Positions 17,568 to 26,048 of a stretch of 32,000 nt of DNA are shown here, in pieces. Source of the DNA: Ferroglobus placidus DSM 10642. Its GTDB lineage: Archaea; Halobacteriota; Archaeoglobi; Archaeoglobales; Archaeoglobaceae. The stretch covers positions 1,290,001 through 1,322,000 of the forward strand of contig NC_013849.1 of the NCBI RefSeq assembly GCF_000025505.1, written 5' to 3'. Position numbers and translations under genes: made by a program. Numbering within the stretch: position 1 is the stretch's first letter; each line of letters opens with the position of its first letter. The notes under the pieces were generated by a model. That model saw only the letters and a program-made list of their open reading frames with translations. It did not search any database and had not been told where the DNA came from.

Positions 17568-18083
17568 TTACAAAAAGTCCTCCAGTTTTACATCTTTTTT
17601 AGCGTATTTGCTGAGAGTTTTTCTTATCTCTTCCGGATCTGCCGACTTCAATCCGAAGTAGTCTGCGAAAAGTTTTGTGGTTGTTAAAATCGTGTTTTTT
17701 CCTTTCCTCTCAACGTTCACGAACCCCAACTCCTTCAGTTTTTTCACGTGCTCGTAGCACTTGTTTCCCCTTACTTTAGCAAGCTCCGACAGCTTAATCG
17801 GCTGTCTTAACGCTATTACCGCAAGAGTTCTCAAAACGCCTTTCGGCAAGTCCCTCTCTATATATTCTTCAACGTACTTCGAAAATTCGGGCTTTACCCT
17901 CATCAAGTATTTTTTTCCGAGCTTTATTATCTCTAATGCGGTCTCTCTGCTTTTGTATTCTTCAATCAGCCTTTCAATTTCCTCTTCTACAACTTTTCTC
18001 TCAGCTCCTATTATTTTTGCTATCTTTTCAGCAGATACTGGCTCCGGAGACGAAAAAAGGATGGCTTCAATTGCCTCCTTCAT
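17568..18083 (-). CDS. scpB: Segregation and condensation protein B
   Basis: The ScpB N-terminus is present (IEAILFSSPEPVS...KIAKI), with tandem wHTH-like halves. The gene lies downstream of scpA and overlaps it by 17 nt. Confidence 0.8.
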   Translation of the reverse strand: MKEAIEAILFSSPEPVSAEKIAKIIGAERKVVEEEIERLIEEYKSRETALEIIKLGKKYLMRVKPEFSKYVEEYIERDLPKGVLRTLAVIALRQPIKLSELAKVRGNKCYEHVKKLKELGFVNVERKGKNTILTTTKLFADYFGLKSADPEEIRKTLSKYAKKDVKLEDFL

Positions 18084-18744
18084 CGATCCACCTCAAAAAA
18101 ACCTCCGTTTCGAGAATTTTCTCCTGCCAGATTTCTATTTTCTTTCTGAAAGCCAGATGAAGAATTGATATGTAACTCTTCACGATATCGCTCCCGCAAA
18201 TTTGCGAAAAGGGAATTATTTCAGCTTTTTTAGCGAACTCGAATACTACTTTTTCGACCTCTCTTATCCACTCCTCCACGTTCTCTTCGTGAGGAGTTTC
18301 GAGAGGGTCTTCTTTAACGACTCTCTCCCTTTTAACCTTTCTCTTCTTCCTTCTCTTTTCTTCAGCTTTCTTCAACTCTTCTATTAAATCTTTTAACGTC
18401 GTGTATCTTCTCAGCCTCTTTTTTCTGCTTCCCGTTGCGACGAGCGACTTGATTACCTCGTCCTCTATATCTTCAACCAAATAATCCTCAAAATCGAGTT
18501 CTCGATAATCCGGAGCGTAGTAATCTTCGAAGTCCTCTTCTTCCACCTCTTCCTCCTCTTCAACCCTGAGGAGTTCGTTCGCGAGTATTTCCGACTTCAT
18601 TCTAACCAGTATGGCTGCGTAGAGCAAAACCCTTCCTGAAATTCGTAAATCGAGCTTCCTTGCTCTTTCAAGCTCTTCCAAAAACTTGTCAGCTACCTCC
18701 ACAACGTCAACGTTCCAAGGATCAATTTCCCCCTTTTTAGCCAT
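18067..18744 (-). CDS. scpA: Segregation and condensation protein A (kleisin)
   Basis: An archaeal ScpA-like N-terminus (GEIDPWNVDVVEVADKFLEEL), an acidic/basic linker and a C-terminal winged-helix part are present. The gene lies directly downstream of smc. Confidence 0.8.
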   Translation of the reverse strand: MAKKGEIDPWNVDVVEVADKFLEELERARKLDLRISGRVLLYAAILVRMKSEILANELLRVEEEEEVEEEDFEDYYAPDYRELDFEDYLVEDIEDEVIKSLVATGSRKKRLRRYTTLKDLIEELKKAEEKRRKKRKVKRERVVKEDPLETPHEENVEEWIREVEKVVFEFAKKAEIIPFSQICGSDIVKSYISILHLAFRKKIEIWQEKILETEVFLRWIDEGGN

Positions 18745-18758
18745 GTTTAGGAGGATTT

Positions 18759-21700
18759 CTACTGGGTCTTCGAGAGTTTGATTCCAGTTACCACCGATGA
18801 GTTATCCCTCCCTAAGGTAACGCCAATTATAGCATCCGCCTCTTCGATCATCGGCTTTCTCAGCGAAACAACTATGAACTGAGCGTTTTTAGACATCCTC
18901 TTTATCATCTTCGCGACTCTCTTCACGTTCACTCCGTCGAGAAACATGTCCACCTCGTCGAAAGCGTAGAAAGGAGCTGGTTTGTAGCGTTGAATTGCAA
19001 GAATAAAAGCTAAGGCAACCAAACTTTTCTCTCCTCCGCTCATCGACTCAAGTTTTTGAATCGGCTTATTTCTCGGCTTTACTCTCATATGCAACCCGCT
19101 GTTGAAGGGATCTTCGGGATCGTCCAAATACAGCTCCCCCCAGCCTTCCGTTAGCTCGGCGATGATCTCTTTGAAGTACTCGTTTATTCTATCGAAAGTT
19201 TCGAAGAAAGTTTCTCTCTTCATTTTCTCGTACTTCTCTATTCTTTCGAGAATCTCCTCCCTCTCCCTTTCGAGGGTAAGTTTCCTCTCGAATAAGTCGT
19301 CCCTCCTCTTCTTCACCTCTTCGTACTCCTGAATCGCTTTCATGTTCACCTCTCCGAAGTTCGCAAGCTCCTTTTCAACCCTTTCAAGCTGTTCGATAGC
19401 ATCCTCTTTCTTCATCTTTGGCTCTACTTCCGGATAGGTGGCAAGTTCGGCTTTAAGTTTCTCCTCAACTTCCTTTCTCGCTTTTAGCTTTTCCGTCAAA
19501 GCCACGATTCTGTATTCGATCTCCTTCTTCTCAGCCTCCCTTTTTCTCATCCTTTCGAAGATTTCGTCTCTCTTCGCTCTTAGGTCTTTAGCCTCCTCTT
19601 CAAGCTTGGAAACTTCCTCCTCGTAGCTTTTGAGCAGCTTTTCGAGTTCGATCTTTCTTTTCTCCTTTTCTTCCAATTTCCTTCTTATCTCTTCTACCCG
19701 CCTTTCGATCTCTTTGATTTCTTCTTCTTTTTCCTTTACTGAATTGTTCTTCTCGCTTAGCACGAATGTTAGCTTTTCGGCTTGAGTTTCTATCCTTCTC
19801 AGCGTTTCAGCTCGTACTTCGTACTCGCTTTTCAGCTTTTCCAGCTCCTCCGTGAGTTTCGGAACTTCGCTGCCTCTTAGCTGCTTTTCTATTTTTTCCA
19901 TCTCCGACGAAATCTTCGAAATTTCCTCTTCGAATCTTTTGATTTCCTCGTTCTTCTCCGATAGCTTGATCTTCAGTTCCTTCTTTTCGTCCTCTTTTTC
20001 CTTCAGTTTCCTCTCGATTTCGGAAATTCTTGAGATCAAACCTTCGAATTTTCCTTTCTTTGTCGAAATGACGTTTTGAACCTCCTTTATTTTCTCCTCA
20101 AGTTCTTCAATCTTCTTCTGCGCGTCTTTCCAAGCATCCTCCGCTTTCCTCAACTCGCCGTTAAGTATCGATTTTTTGGAATTCAGTACCGTTATTTCCT
20201 CGAGGATTTCTTTTTCCCTTTTTAAAAGCTCCTTGACCATTAAAATTCCTGATTTGAGTTTTTCTGCGCTTCCACCGGTCATTGCGCCGCTTTTTTCTAT
20301 TAAATCGCCGTCGAGAGTAACGATTCTTCTCCCGTCCATTAGCCTCTTAGCGTTATCGAGGTTGTCGACAACGAGCGTATCTCTGTAGACGAAGTTGAAA
20401 ATCGGTCTGAATTTCTCGTCGCATTTGATCAGGTTCACAGCATAGTCTATCACGCCTTTTTCTTTTAGAACCTTTTTGTCGAGTTCTATTTTTCCGAAGT
20501 TTTTCCTAATCTTGTTTAGAGGAAGAAAAGTTGCTCTGCCACCTTTTATCTCTTTTAAGTATTTTATCGCCCTAACAGCATCATCCTCATTTTCAACGAC
20601 TATAAAGCTAAGAGCGTTTCCGGCAGCAACTTCGAGGGCTAACGCAAACTCCTGATCTACTTCTCCGAGTTGAGAGACCGTTCCATAAACTCCCGGAAGA
20701 GCTCTTTTCTCTTTCGCTTCTAAAATTAACTCCACAGCTTTTCCGAAGAAAGCCTCCCTTGAGCTTATTTCCGTTCTAATTTTCGTCAGCTCTATTTCCT
20801 TTTCCTTTATCTTTTCCTCCAAGTCGGCGAGCTCCCTTCTTATGGAGAAAATCCTCTTGTCGATCTCGTTTCTGCTCTTTAACTCTGAAGAAAGCTGCTT
20901 TTTTAAAATTTCCAGTTCTCTTTCTTCTCTTTCAACATCCCTTTTAAGAGCTTCGATCTCTTTTTCGGCAGCTTCCTTCTCAGCTGAAAGCTCGGCTGAA
21001 AACATGTCAAGCTTTCTCAAACTTTCGAGAATGACGTCTCTTTCCCTAATTACCTCGTTTAGCTTACTTTTTAACTTCTCAAGCTCTTCTCTCTTTCTTA
21101 AAAACTCGTCCCTCAGCTTTCCGTACTTCTCGTCCGCTTGAGTAATTTTTATTTTTAACAAGTTGATTCTGCTTTCGATCTCCTCTTTTTCCTCTTCAAC
21201 GCTCATTCTCTGAAGAGAGAGCTTCTCGAGCTCTTTGAGAATTTCATCGATTTCATCTTTGAGTTTGGATACTTCCGAAAGAACTTTTATTTTTTTACTT
21301 TCGAGCTCGTGAATTTGAGAGCCGTAAAACTCCTTTTCTTCGAAAATTTTCTCGATTTCAGCTTTTGCCTCTGAAATTCTCTTTTGAAGCTCCTTGTATC
21401 TTTCGTCCATCCTCGACGAAATTTCTCTCACTATTTCTTCGAATTCCTCGTTTAGTTTTTCCACCTCCGCTTTTATCTTCGCGAATTCTTCGTGAAGCTC
21501 GTCTATTTCTCTTTCGCTCTCGATTATCTCCTTCGTAACTCTTTCAAGCTTCTTCAAAACTTCCAATCTTTTGTGAGCGAGAATCTCTCTTTCGAGTTCT
21601 TCTTTCCTTTCAAGAAGGCTTTTGTACCGCAAAGCTTCTTCTCTATCCTTTTCGAGGGTTTTTAAGTGCTGTTCGACCTCTGCCAGAACTGCCGAAATTT

Positions 21701-22259
21701 TTTCGATGTTCTCCCTGACGACCTCGAGTTCTTGCAGAGCTTTCTCCTTTTTCTCGTCGAACTCTGAAATTCCGGCTATGTCGTCTATGACCTTCCTCCT
21801 CTGGTACGGGCTCATTTCGACAATTCTCGTCACATCGCCTTGCATTATTACGTTTGGCGTATCCTCGTAAACCCCCGCTTTTTCGAGGAACTTTTTCACG
21901 TCCGCTAGCGAGCAGGGTTTTGAGTTTATGTAGTAGTAGCTGTAGTATCCGCTTTCGGTAACTTTAATTCTCCTTTTCACTTCAACTTTGCCGTTTTCTC
22001 CTTCGTTCTCGCTTCTGAATGTTATGCTGACCTCCGCCTCCTTTCCGTTTGAATTCAGGCTTATTAAGTCTGTCAGCTTTTCCGCTCTGAGAACTTTTGT
22101 GGAAGAAGACAAGCCGAGGCAGAAGAGGATAGCGTCTATGATATTGGACTTTCCGCTTCCATTTGGTCCGCTTATAACGTTAAATCCCTTGACAAAGGGA
22201 ATTTCGGTTTTTCGAGAAAAAGATTTGAAGTTTTTTAGCTCGATTTTTTCGATGTGCAT
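18759..22259 (-). CDS. smc: Chromosome segregation ATPase SMC
   Basis: An 1166-aa protein with Walker A (GPNGSGKSN), long coiled coils, a hinge region, the signature motif (LSGGEKSL) and Walker B (FYAFDEVD). Confidence 0.95.
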   Translation of the reverse strand: MHIEKIELKNFKSFSRKTEIPFVKGFNVISGPNGSGKSNIIDAILFCLGLSSSTKVLRAEKLTDLISLNSNGKEAEVSITFRSENEGENGKVEVKRRIKVTESGYYSYYYINSKPCSLADVKKFLEKAGVYEDTPNVIMQGDVTRIVEMSPYQRRKVIDDIAGISEFDEKKEKALQELEVVRENIEKISAVLAEVEQHLKTLEKDREEALRYKSLLERKEELEREILAHKRLEVLKKLERVTKEIIESEREIDELHEEFAKIKAEVEKLNEEFEEIVREISSRMDERYKELQKRISEAKAEIEKIFEEKEFYGSQIHELESKKIKVLSEVSKLKDEIDEILKELEKLSLQRMSVEEEKEEIESRINLLKIKITQADEKYGKLRDEFLRKREELEKLKSKLNEVIRERDVILESLRKLDMFSAELSAEKEAAEKEIEALKRDVEREERELEILKKQLSSELKSRNEIDKRIFSIRRELADLEEKIKEKEIELTKIRTEISSREAFFGKAVELILEAKEKRALPGVYGTVSQLGEVDQEFALALEVAAGNALSFIVVENEDDAVRAIKYLKEIKGGRATFLPLNKIRKNFGKIELDKKVLKEKGVIDYAVNLIKCDEKFRPIFNFVYRDTLVVDNLDNAKRLMDGRRIVTLDGDLIEKSGAMTGGSAEKLKSGILMVKELLKREKEILEEITVLNSKKSILNGELRKAEDAWKDAQKKIEELEEKIKEVQNVISTKKGKFEGLISRISEIERKLKEKEDEKKELKIKLSEKNEEIKRFEEEISKISSEMEKIEKQLRGSEVPKLTEELEKLKSEYEVRAETLRRIETQAEKLTFVLSEKNNSVKEKEEEIKEIERRVEEIRRKLEEKEKRKIELEKLLKSYEEEVSKLEEEAKDLRAKRDEIFERMRKREAEKKEIEYRIVALTEKLKARKEVEEKLKAELATYPEVEPKMKKEDAIEQLERVEKELANFGEVNMKAIQEYEEVKKRRDDLFERKLTLEREREEILERIEKYEKMKRETFFETFDRINEYFKEIIAELTEGWGELYLDDPEDPFNSGLHMRVKPRNKPIQKLESMSGGEKSLVALAFILAIQRYKPAPFYAFDEVDMFLDGVNVKRVAKMIKRMSKNAQFIVVSLRKPMIEEADAIIGVTLGRDNSSVVTGIKLSKTQ

Positions 22260-22260
22260 C

Positions 22261-22578
22261 TCAGTCGCATACTATGATGTCGCTCTTCTCTTCTTTCTTC
22301 TCCTCTTCTCTTTCGACGACTTTCTTAGCTACTTCCTCTTTCTTCGGAGAAATTTCTGCTTTCAGATACAGCACTTCATCCATCAGAGTTCTGACGGTTT
22401 TGCTGAGTTCAACGATTTTCGCTTCAAATTCTTTCAGCCTTTCGTTAACCTCCGAAAGAATCTCTTCTTTGAAGTTTTCGTAACTCATTCCTACCACCTG
22501 TTTTAACGAACGAATTTCCCTCTCCTTTTCCGCAAGCTTTCTTTCGAGCCTCTCAATCAGAATATCTTTTTCCGACAT
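22261..22578 (-). CDS. Small (105 aa) coiled-coil protein of unknown function, first gene of the smc string
   Basis: Heptad-rich E/K/L sequence with coding-like composition. The stop TGA (22263-22261) lies 1 nt before the smc ATG (22259). Confidence 0.6.
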   Translation of the reverse strand: MSEKDILIERLERKLAEKEREIRSLKQVVGMSYENFKEEILSEVNERLKEFEAKIVELSKTVRTLMDEVLYLKAEISPKKEEVAKKVVEREEEKKEEKSDIIVCD

Positions 22579-22784
22579 TTCGAAATTATAATGCTCGTCC
22601 TAACTTAATATACTTTTCTGCAGTGGAAAGCGAGCGTTAAAACTTTCAAAATGTTAATTGGAGAATTTTTAACTCGCAAAATCTACCGAGATTTTTCGGG
22701 TTGATTTGCCTATTTCGAAACGCTCCAAATAAAATTCCTTAGAAGATGCATCCTTTTATTGGAACGCATTTTTTCCTGTCCAGA

Positions 22785-22803
22785 AGAAAAATTTGGAAAA
22801 AAG
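22785..22803 (-). terminator. Oligo-T tracts downstream of aspS (archaeal-type terminator candidates)
   Basis: On the minus strand, T6 and T5 runs occur within about 30 nt after the aspS TAA stop (22815-22813). Confidence 0.3.
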
Positions 22804-22812
22804 CTGTCTTTT

Positions 22813-24102
22813 TTAAGGAACGAGCCTTTGTCTGTCTCTCGGAAAGAGAACAGCCTCTCTTATGTTCTTTAAATCGAGCATAGCCATCAGCAATCTTTCC
22901 ACGCCAAGCCCCCAGCCAGCATGAGGCGGCATTCCGTAACGGAAAGCTTCTAAGTAAAAGCCGAAGCTTTCTGGATCTAATCCCTGAGCTTTTATCCTTT
23001 CTACGAGCAGATCGTACTTGTGAATTCTCTGAGCTCCGCTCGCCAGCTCCAACCACCCTTTCATAAGGTCGAAGCTCTTGCAGATTTCTTTTCTGTTCTC
23101 GTAGGGCATCGCGTAGAAGGGTTTGCTTTCCGTTGGCCAGTCGGTTATGAAGTAGTATCCCTGCATGTGCTCCGCGAGAACTTTTAACGCTGGAGTTGAG
23201 AAGTCCTCCCCCCACGGAATCTCTTCTTTCCTCGAAACGATTTCAAGGGCTTCGTCGTAGGTTATCCTTTCAAAGGGCTTTTCTGGAACTTCTAACTTAA
23301 CGTTTAACCAATTCAAATACTTCTCGCAGTTCTCAACGACTCTCTCGTGAATGTAAACTATCAACTCCTCCAAATACTTCATCACACCGTTGTGGTCGGT
23401 GAAACTAACCTCTATATCTATCGAAGTAGCCTCGTTGAGGTGTCTCACCGTATTGTGCTCTTCCGCTCTGAATATTGGTCCTATCTCGAAAACCCTGTCG
23501 AAGCCAGCAGCCATTAGAGTTTGTTTGTAAAGTTGAGGACTCTGGTTGAGGAACGCTTCTCTCTCAAAATACGTAATCGGGAACAGCTCGGTTCCACCTT
23601 CGGTAGCTGTAGAAACTATTTTCGGCGTGTTAACTTCTATGAAACCTCTTTCGTGAAAGAACTCCCTCGTAGCATTTAAAACCTCGCTCCTCACCCTGAA
23701 TATCGCGAAAACTCTGTGCTTTCTCAAATCCAAAAACCTGTGGTCGAGCCTCGTGTCGAGCTCAGCCGGAACCTTCTCAGTCACGTCGAGGGGAAGAGGT
23801 GCGTCGGCTTCGTTTAAAACCTCGAATTCCTCGGGAATTATCTCAAAACCGTTTGGTGCTCTCTCCTCTTTCTTAACCTCTCCTACAACTTTCACTACGC
23901 TCTCCCTTCTAACATTCTTCGCCCTCTCGAAAACTTCTTGCTTAACTTTTTTCTTCGGCAGCGTAATCTGAGCGAATCCCTCCCTGTCCCTTAAAACTAC
24001 GAAAACGAGCCCTCCGAGGTCTCTTACCTCGTGAATCCATCCGTACAAAGTAACCTTCTTTCCGAAATCCTCTTCGCTTATTTCTGAGGTGAACTTCCTC
24101 AT
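22813..24102 (-). CDS. aspS: Aspartyl-tRNA synthetase, archaeal type
   Basis: An N-terminal OB anticodon-binding domain and class II motifs are present (FRAEEHNT..., [21 protein letters not shown]). Confidence 0.95.
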   Translation of the reverse strand: MRKFTSEISEEDFGKKVTLYGWIHEVRDLGGLVFVVLRDREGFAQITLPKKKVKQEVFERAKNVRRESVVKVVGEVKKEERAPNGFEIIPEEFEVLNEADAPLPLDVTEKVPAELDTRLDHRFLDLRKHRVFAIFRVRSEVLNATREFFHERGFIEVNTPKIVSTATEGGTELFPITYFEREAFLNQSPQLYKQTLMAAGFDRVFEIGPIFRAEEHNTVRHLNEATSIDIEVSFTDHNGVMKYLEELIVYIHERVVENCEKYLNWLNVKLEVPEKPFERITYDEALEIVSRKEEIPWGEDFSTPALKVLAEHMQGYYFITDWPTESKPFYAMPYENRKEICKSFDLMKGWLELASGAQRIHKYDLLVERIKAQGLDPESFGFYLEAFRYGMPPHAGWGLGVERLLMAMLDLKNIREAVLFPRDRQRLVP

Positions 24103-25268
24103 TTCAACCTCTCCTCCACAGATTTTGCGTGAAGAGGCAAACCTTCTGCTTTCGCAATTTTAATAATGACCTCTCCGTACTTTTCAAGCCACTCCTTCGA
24201 GAGCATCTGATACGTTACGTGCTTCATAAAAGTTTCAGTGCTCAATCCGGAGTAAACTCTCGCGTATCCTCCGGTGGGAAGGACGTGATTCGTTCCGCTC
24301 GCGTAATCTCCGGCGGCAACCGGAGAATACTCCCCGAGAAATACGCTTCCAGCATTCCTAACCTTTCCGAGCATTTTGAGGGCGTTTTTTGTGAATATGC
24401 TCAAGTGTTCCGGAGCGATTTTGTTTGCGATTTCAAAAGCCTCGTCGAGGTTTTTCACGAGAATCGCTTTAAATTCTCCCTGAGAAACGAGTTCAGAAAC
24501 TTTCCTTTTAACTTTCTCGGCAATTTCCTCGGAAGTCGTAACGAGGATGGCTTTAGCTAAAGGATCGTGCTCGAGCTGTGCTGCACAGTCGTAGGCGATA
24601 AAGTCGGAATTTGCCGTTTCGTCGGCTATAATCAGAATTTCCGAAGGTCCGGCCGGCATGTCTATCGCAACGTCCTTCTGCACGAGGAGTTTTGCAGCCG
24701 TAACGTAGATGTTTCCCGGACCGACGATCTTGTCAACTTTCTCAACACTTTCAGTTCCGTAAGCCATCGCAGCTATTGCCTGAGCTCCTCCAACTGCGTA
24801 AATTTCATCGACGCCAGCCAAGTCTAACGCTACGAGAGTTAAAGGATTAACTCCGTCTTTCGCTGGAGGGGTGCATGCTACAATTTTATCGACTCCGGCA
24901 ATTCTTGCCGGAATTGCGGTCATCAAAGCAGTTGAAGGGTAGCTCGCTCTTCCTCCCGGAACGTACAATCCTGCTTTCTCAATCGGAACGTAAATTTTTC
25001 CGAGAATAGCATCTCCGTAGTCTACTCTTATGCTCTCCGGAGCTGTTGCTAAGTGAAATCTCTCGATGTTCTCCTTCGCAATTTCGAGAGCATCAATTAT
25101 ATCGTCGCTGACTCTTTCGTAGGCTTCGTCTATCTTTTCCTTGGGAACCTTAATGTAATCGAGTTTTACCTTGTCGAACTTCTCGGTCAGTTCGTAAAGT
25201 GCCTTGTCTCCTTCTTTCTTAACCTTTTCAATTATCTGCTTTACCTCATCGAGAACTTTCTCAAGCAT
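24099..25268 (-). CDS. hisD: Histidinol dehydrogenase
   Basis: HisD motifs are present ([33 protein letters not shown]). The stop overlaps the aspS start (ATGA). Confidence 0.95.
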   Translation of the reverse strand: MLEKVLDEVKQIIEKVKKEGDKALYELTEKFDKVKLDYIKVPKEKIDEAYERVSDDIIDALEIAKENIERFHLATAPESIRVDYGDAILGKIYVPIEKAGLYVPGGRASYPSTALMTAIPARIAGVDKIVACTPPAKDGVNPLTLVALDLAGVDEIYAVGGAQAIAAMAYGTESVEKVDKIVGPGNIYVTAAKLLVQKDVAIDMPAGPSEILIIADETANSDFIAYDCAAQLEHDPLAKAILVTTSEEIAEKVKRKVSELVSQGEFKAILVKNLDEAFEIANKIAPEHLSIFTKNALKMLGKVRNAGSVFLGEYSPVAAGDYASGTNHVLPTGGYARVYSGLSTETFMKHVTYQMLSKEWLEKYGEVIIKIAKAEGLPLHAKSVEERLK

Positions 25269-26010
25269 TCATTACATCCTCCGCCATTTTTGTTAAGTGA
25301 TCCCTTATGGCTTCTATAGCTCTCTTTAATACTGTTTTGTTATCGTACTTTCTGAGTATTTCCTCGGCTTCTTCTTCTGTTATTTCTTTAGCGAACTCGA
25401 TCATTTCCGGAATGGCTCTCGTTATGTTGTTAACGATGGTTACGTCCGCCATTCTCGCGGTTCTCGAGAGCGGGTTCAGGTCGATGGCTATCACCTTCTT
25501 TCCGTGCCTTTTCAGAATTTCGCACCTATCTCCGTCTTCGAGGGGAACGAGAACTACGTCAGCCTTCAAAATTCCTCTGCTGTCGACGATCCTCCTCGCG
25601 TGAGATATTCCCTCTAAAACTGCGTCCCCTCTGTAATATACAGTTCCACCAAGTTCTTCGAGCTTTTTTGCAATTTTTTCAACTCTTTCCTTGGAGTAGT
25701 GGAAGATATTAACTTCGAGAGGAGCGTTAAGAGCTTTGGACAATTCAACGAGCTCTTTTGCAACGAGACTCGCTGCGTTACCGTTTACGGAAATTACCGG
25801 GTGTTTGGCTAATTTCATCAACGCAACGGCAGCTCTCTCAGCCTCTAAAGCAAAATCGTGAGATTTTTCTCCGAGGATGTAATCGAAAGCCTCCCCTCTC
25901 CCGTGAGCGATCAACCCCTCTAATACAGCCAAACCCTCTTTAACGCCTTCTACGAGCTTCTCTCTCGTCATTAGCGAATGATATCTCGGGTGACTCTTCG
26001 GAATTTCCAT
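25261..26010 (-). CDS. Archaeal phosphopantothenate synthetase (4-phosphopantoate--beta-alanine ligase)
   Basis: The sequence closely resembles Thermococcus PPS as I recall it (IPKSHPRY, LIAHGRGEAFDY, HPVISVNGN, VLVPLEDGDR, IDLNPLSRTARMAD). I trimmed the start to the ATG at 26010; the longer ORF would run into the ATPase gene. Confidence 0.8.
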   Translation of the reverse strand: MEIPKSHPRYHSLMTREKLVEGVKEGLAVLEGLIAHGRGEAFDYILGEKSHDFALEAERAAVALMKLAKHPVISVNGNAASLVAKELVELSKALNAPLEVNIFHYSKERVEKIAKKLEELGGTVYYRGDAVLEGISHARRIVDSRGILKADVVLVPLEDGDRCEILKRHGKKVIAIDLNPLSRTARMADVTIVNNITRAIPEMIEFAKEITEEEAEEILRKYDNKTVLKRAIEAIRDHLTKMAEDVMNA

Positions 26011-26048
26011 GGCAGAAACTTCGCTTTGAGGATAAAAAATTTCGTCTC

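Noticed and set aside
19102-22506. Multiple plus-strand Ser/Phe/Leu-rich ORFs (for example 19102-19332, 20842-21141, 21988-22506)
   Set aside because: They are the antisense shadow of the Glu/Lys-rich coiled-coil codons of smc and of the small coiled-coil gene.
22579-22812. 234-bp intergenic region inspected for a tRNA, a C/D-box sRNA or another structured RNA
   Set aside because: I found no T-loop (GGTTCGAATC-like) sequence and no C-box (RTGATGA) / D-box (CTGA) arrangement on either strand. Only weak short hairpins, oligo-T tracts and TATA-like elements are present, consistent with a terminator plus promoter.
22739-23215. 158-aa reverse-strand ORF overlapping the aspS 3' end
   Set aside because: It is out of frame within aspS and has an Arg/Ser/Leu-rich composition typical of an off-frame read-through. 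aspS explains the region.
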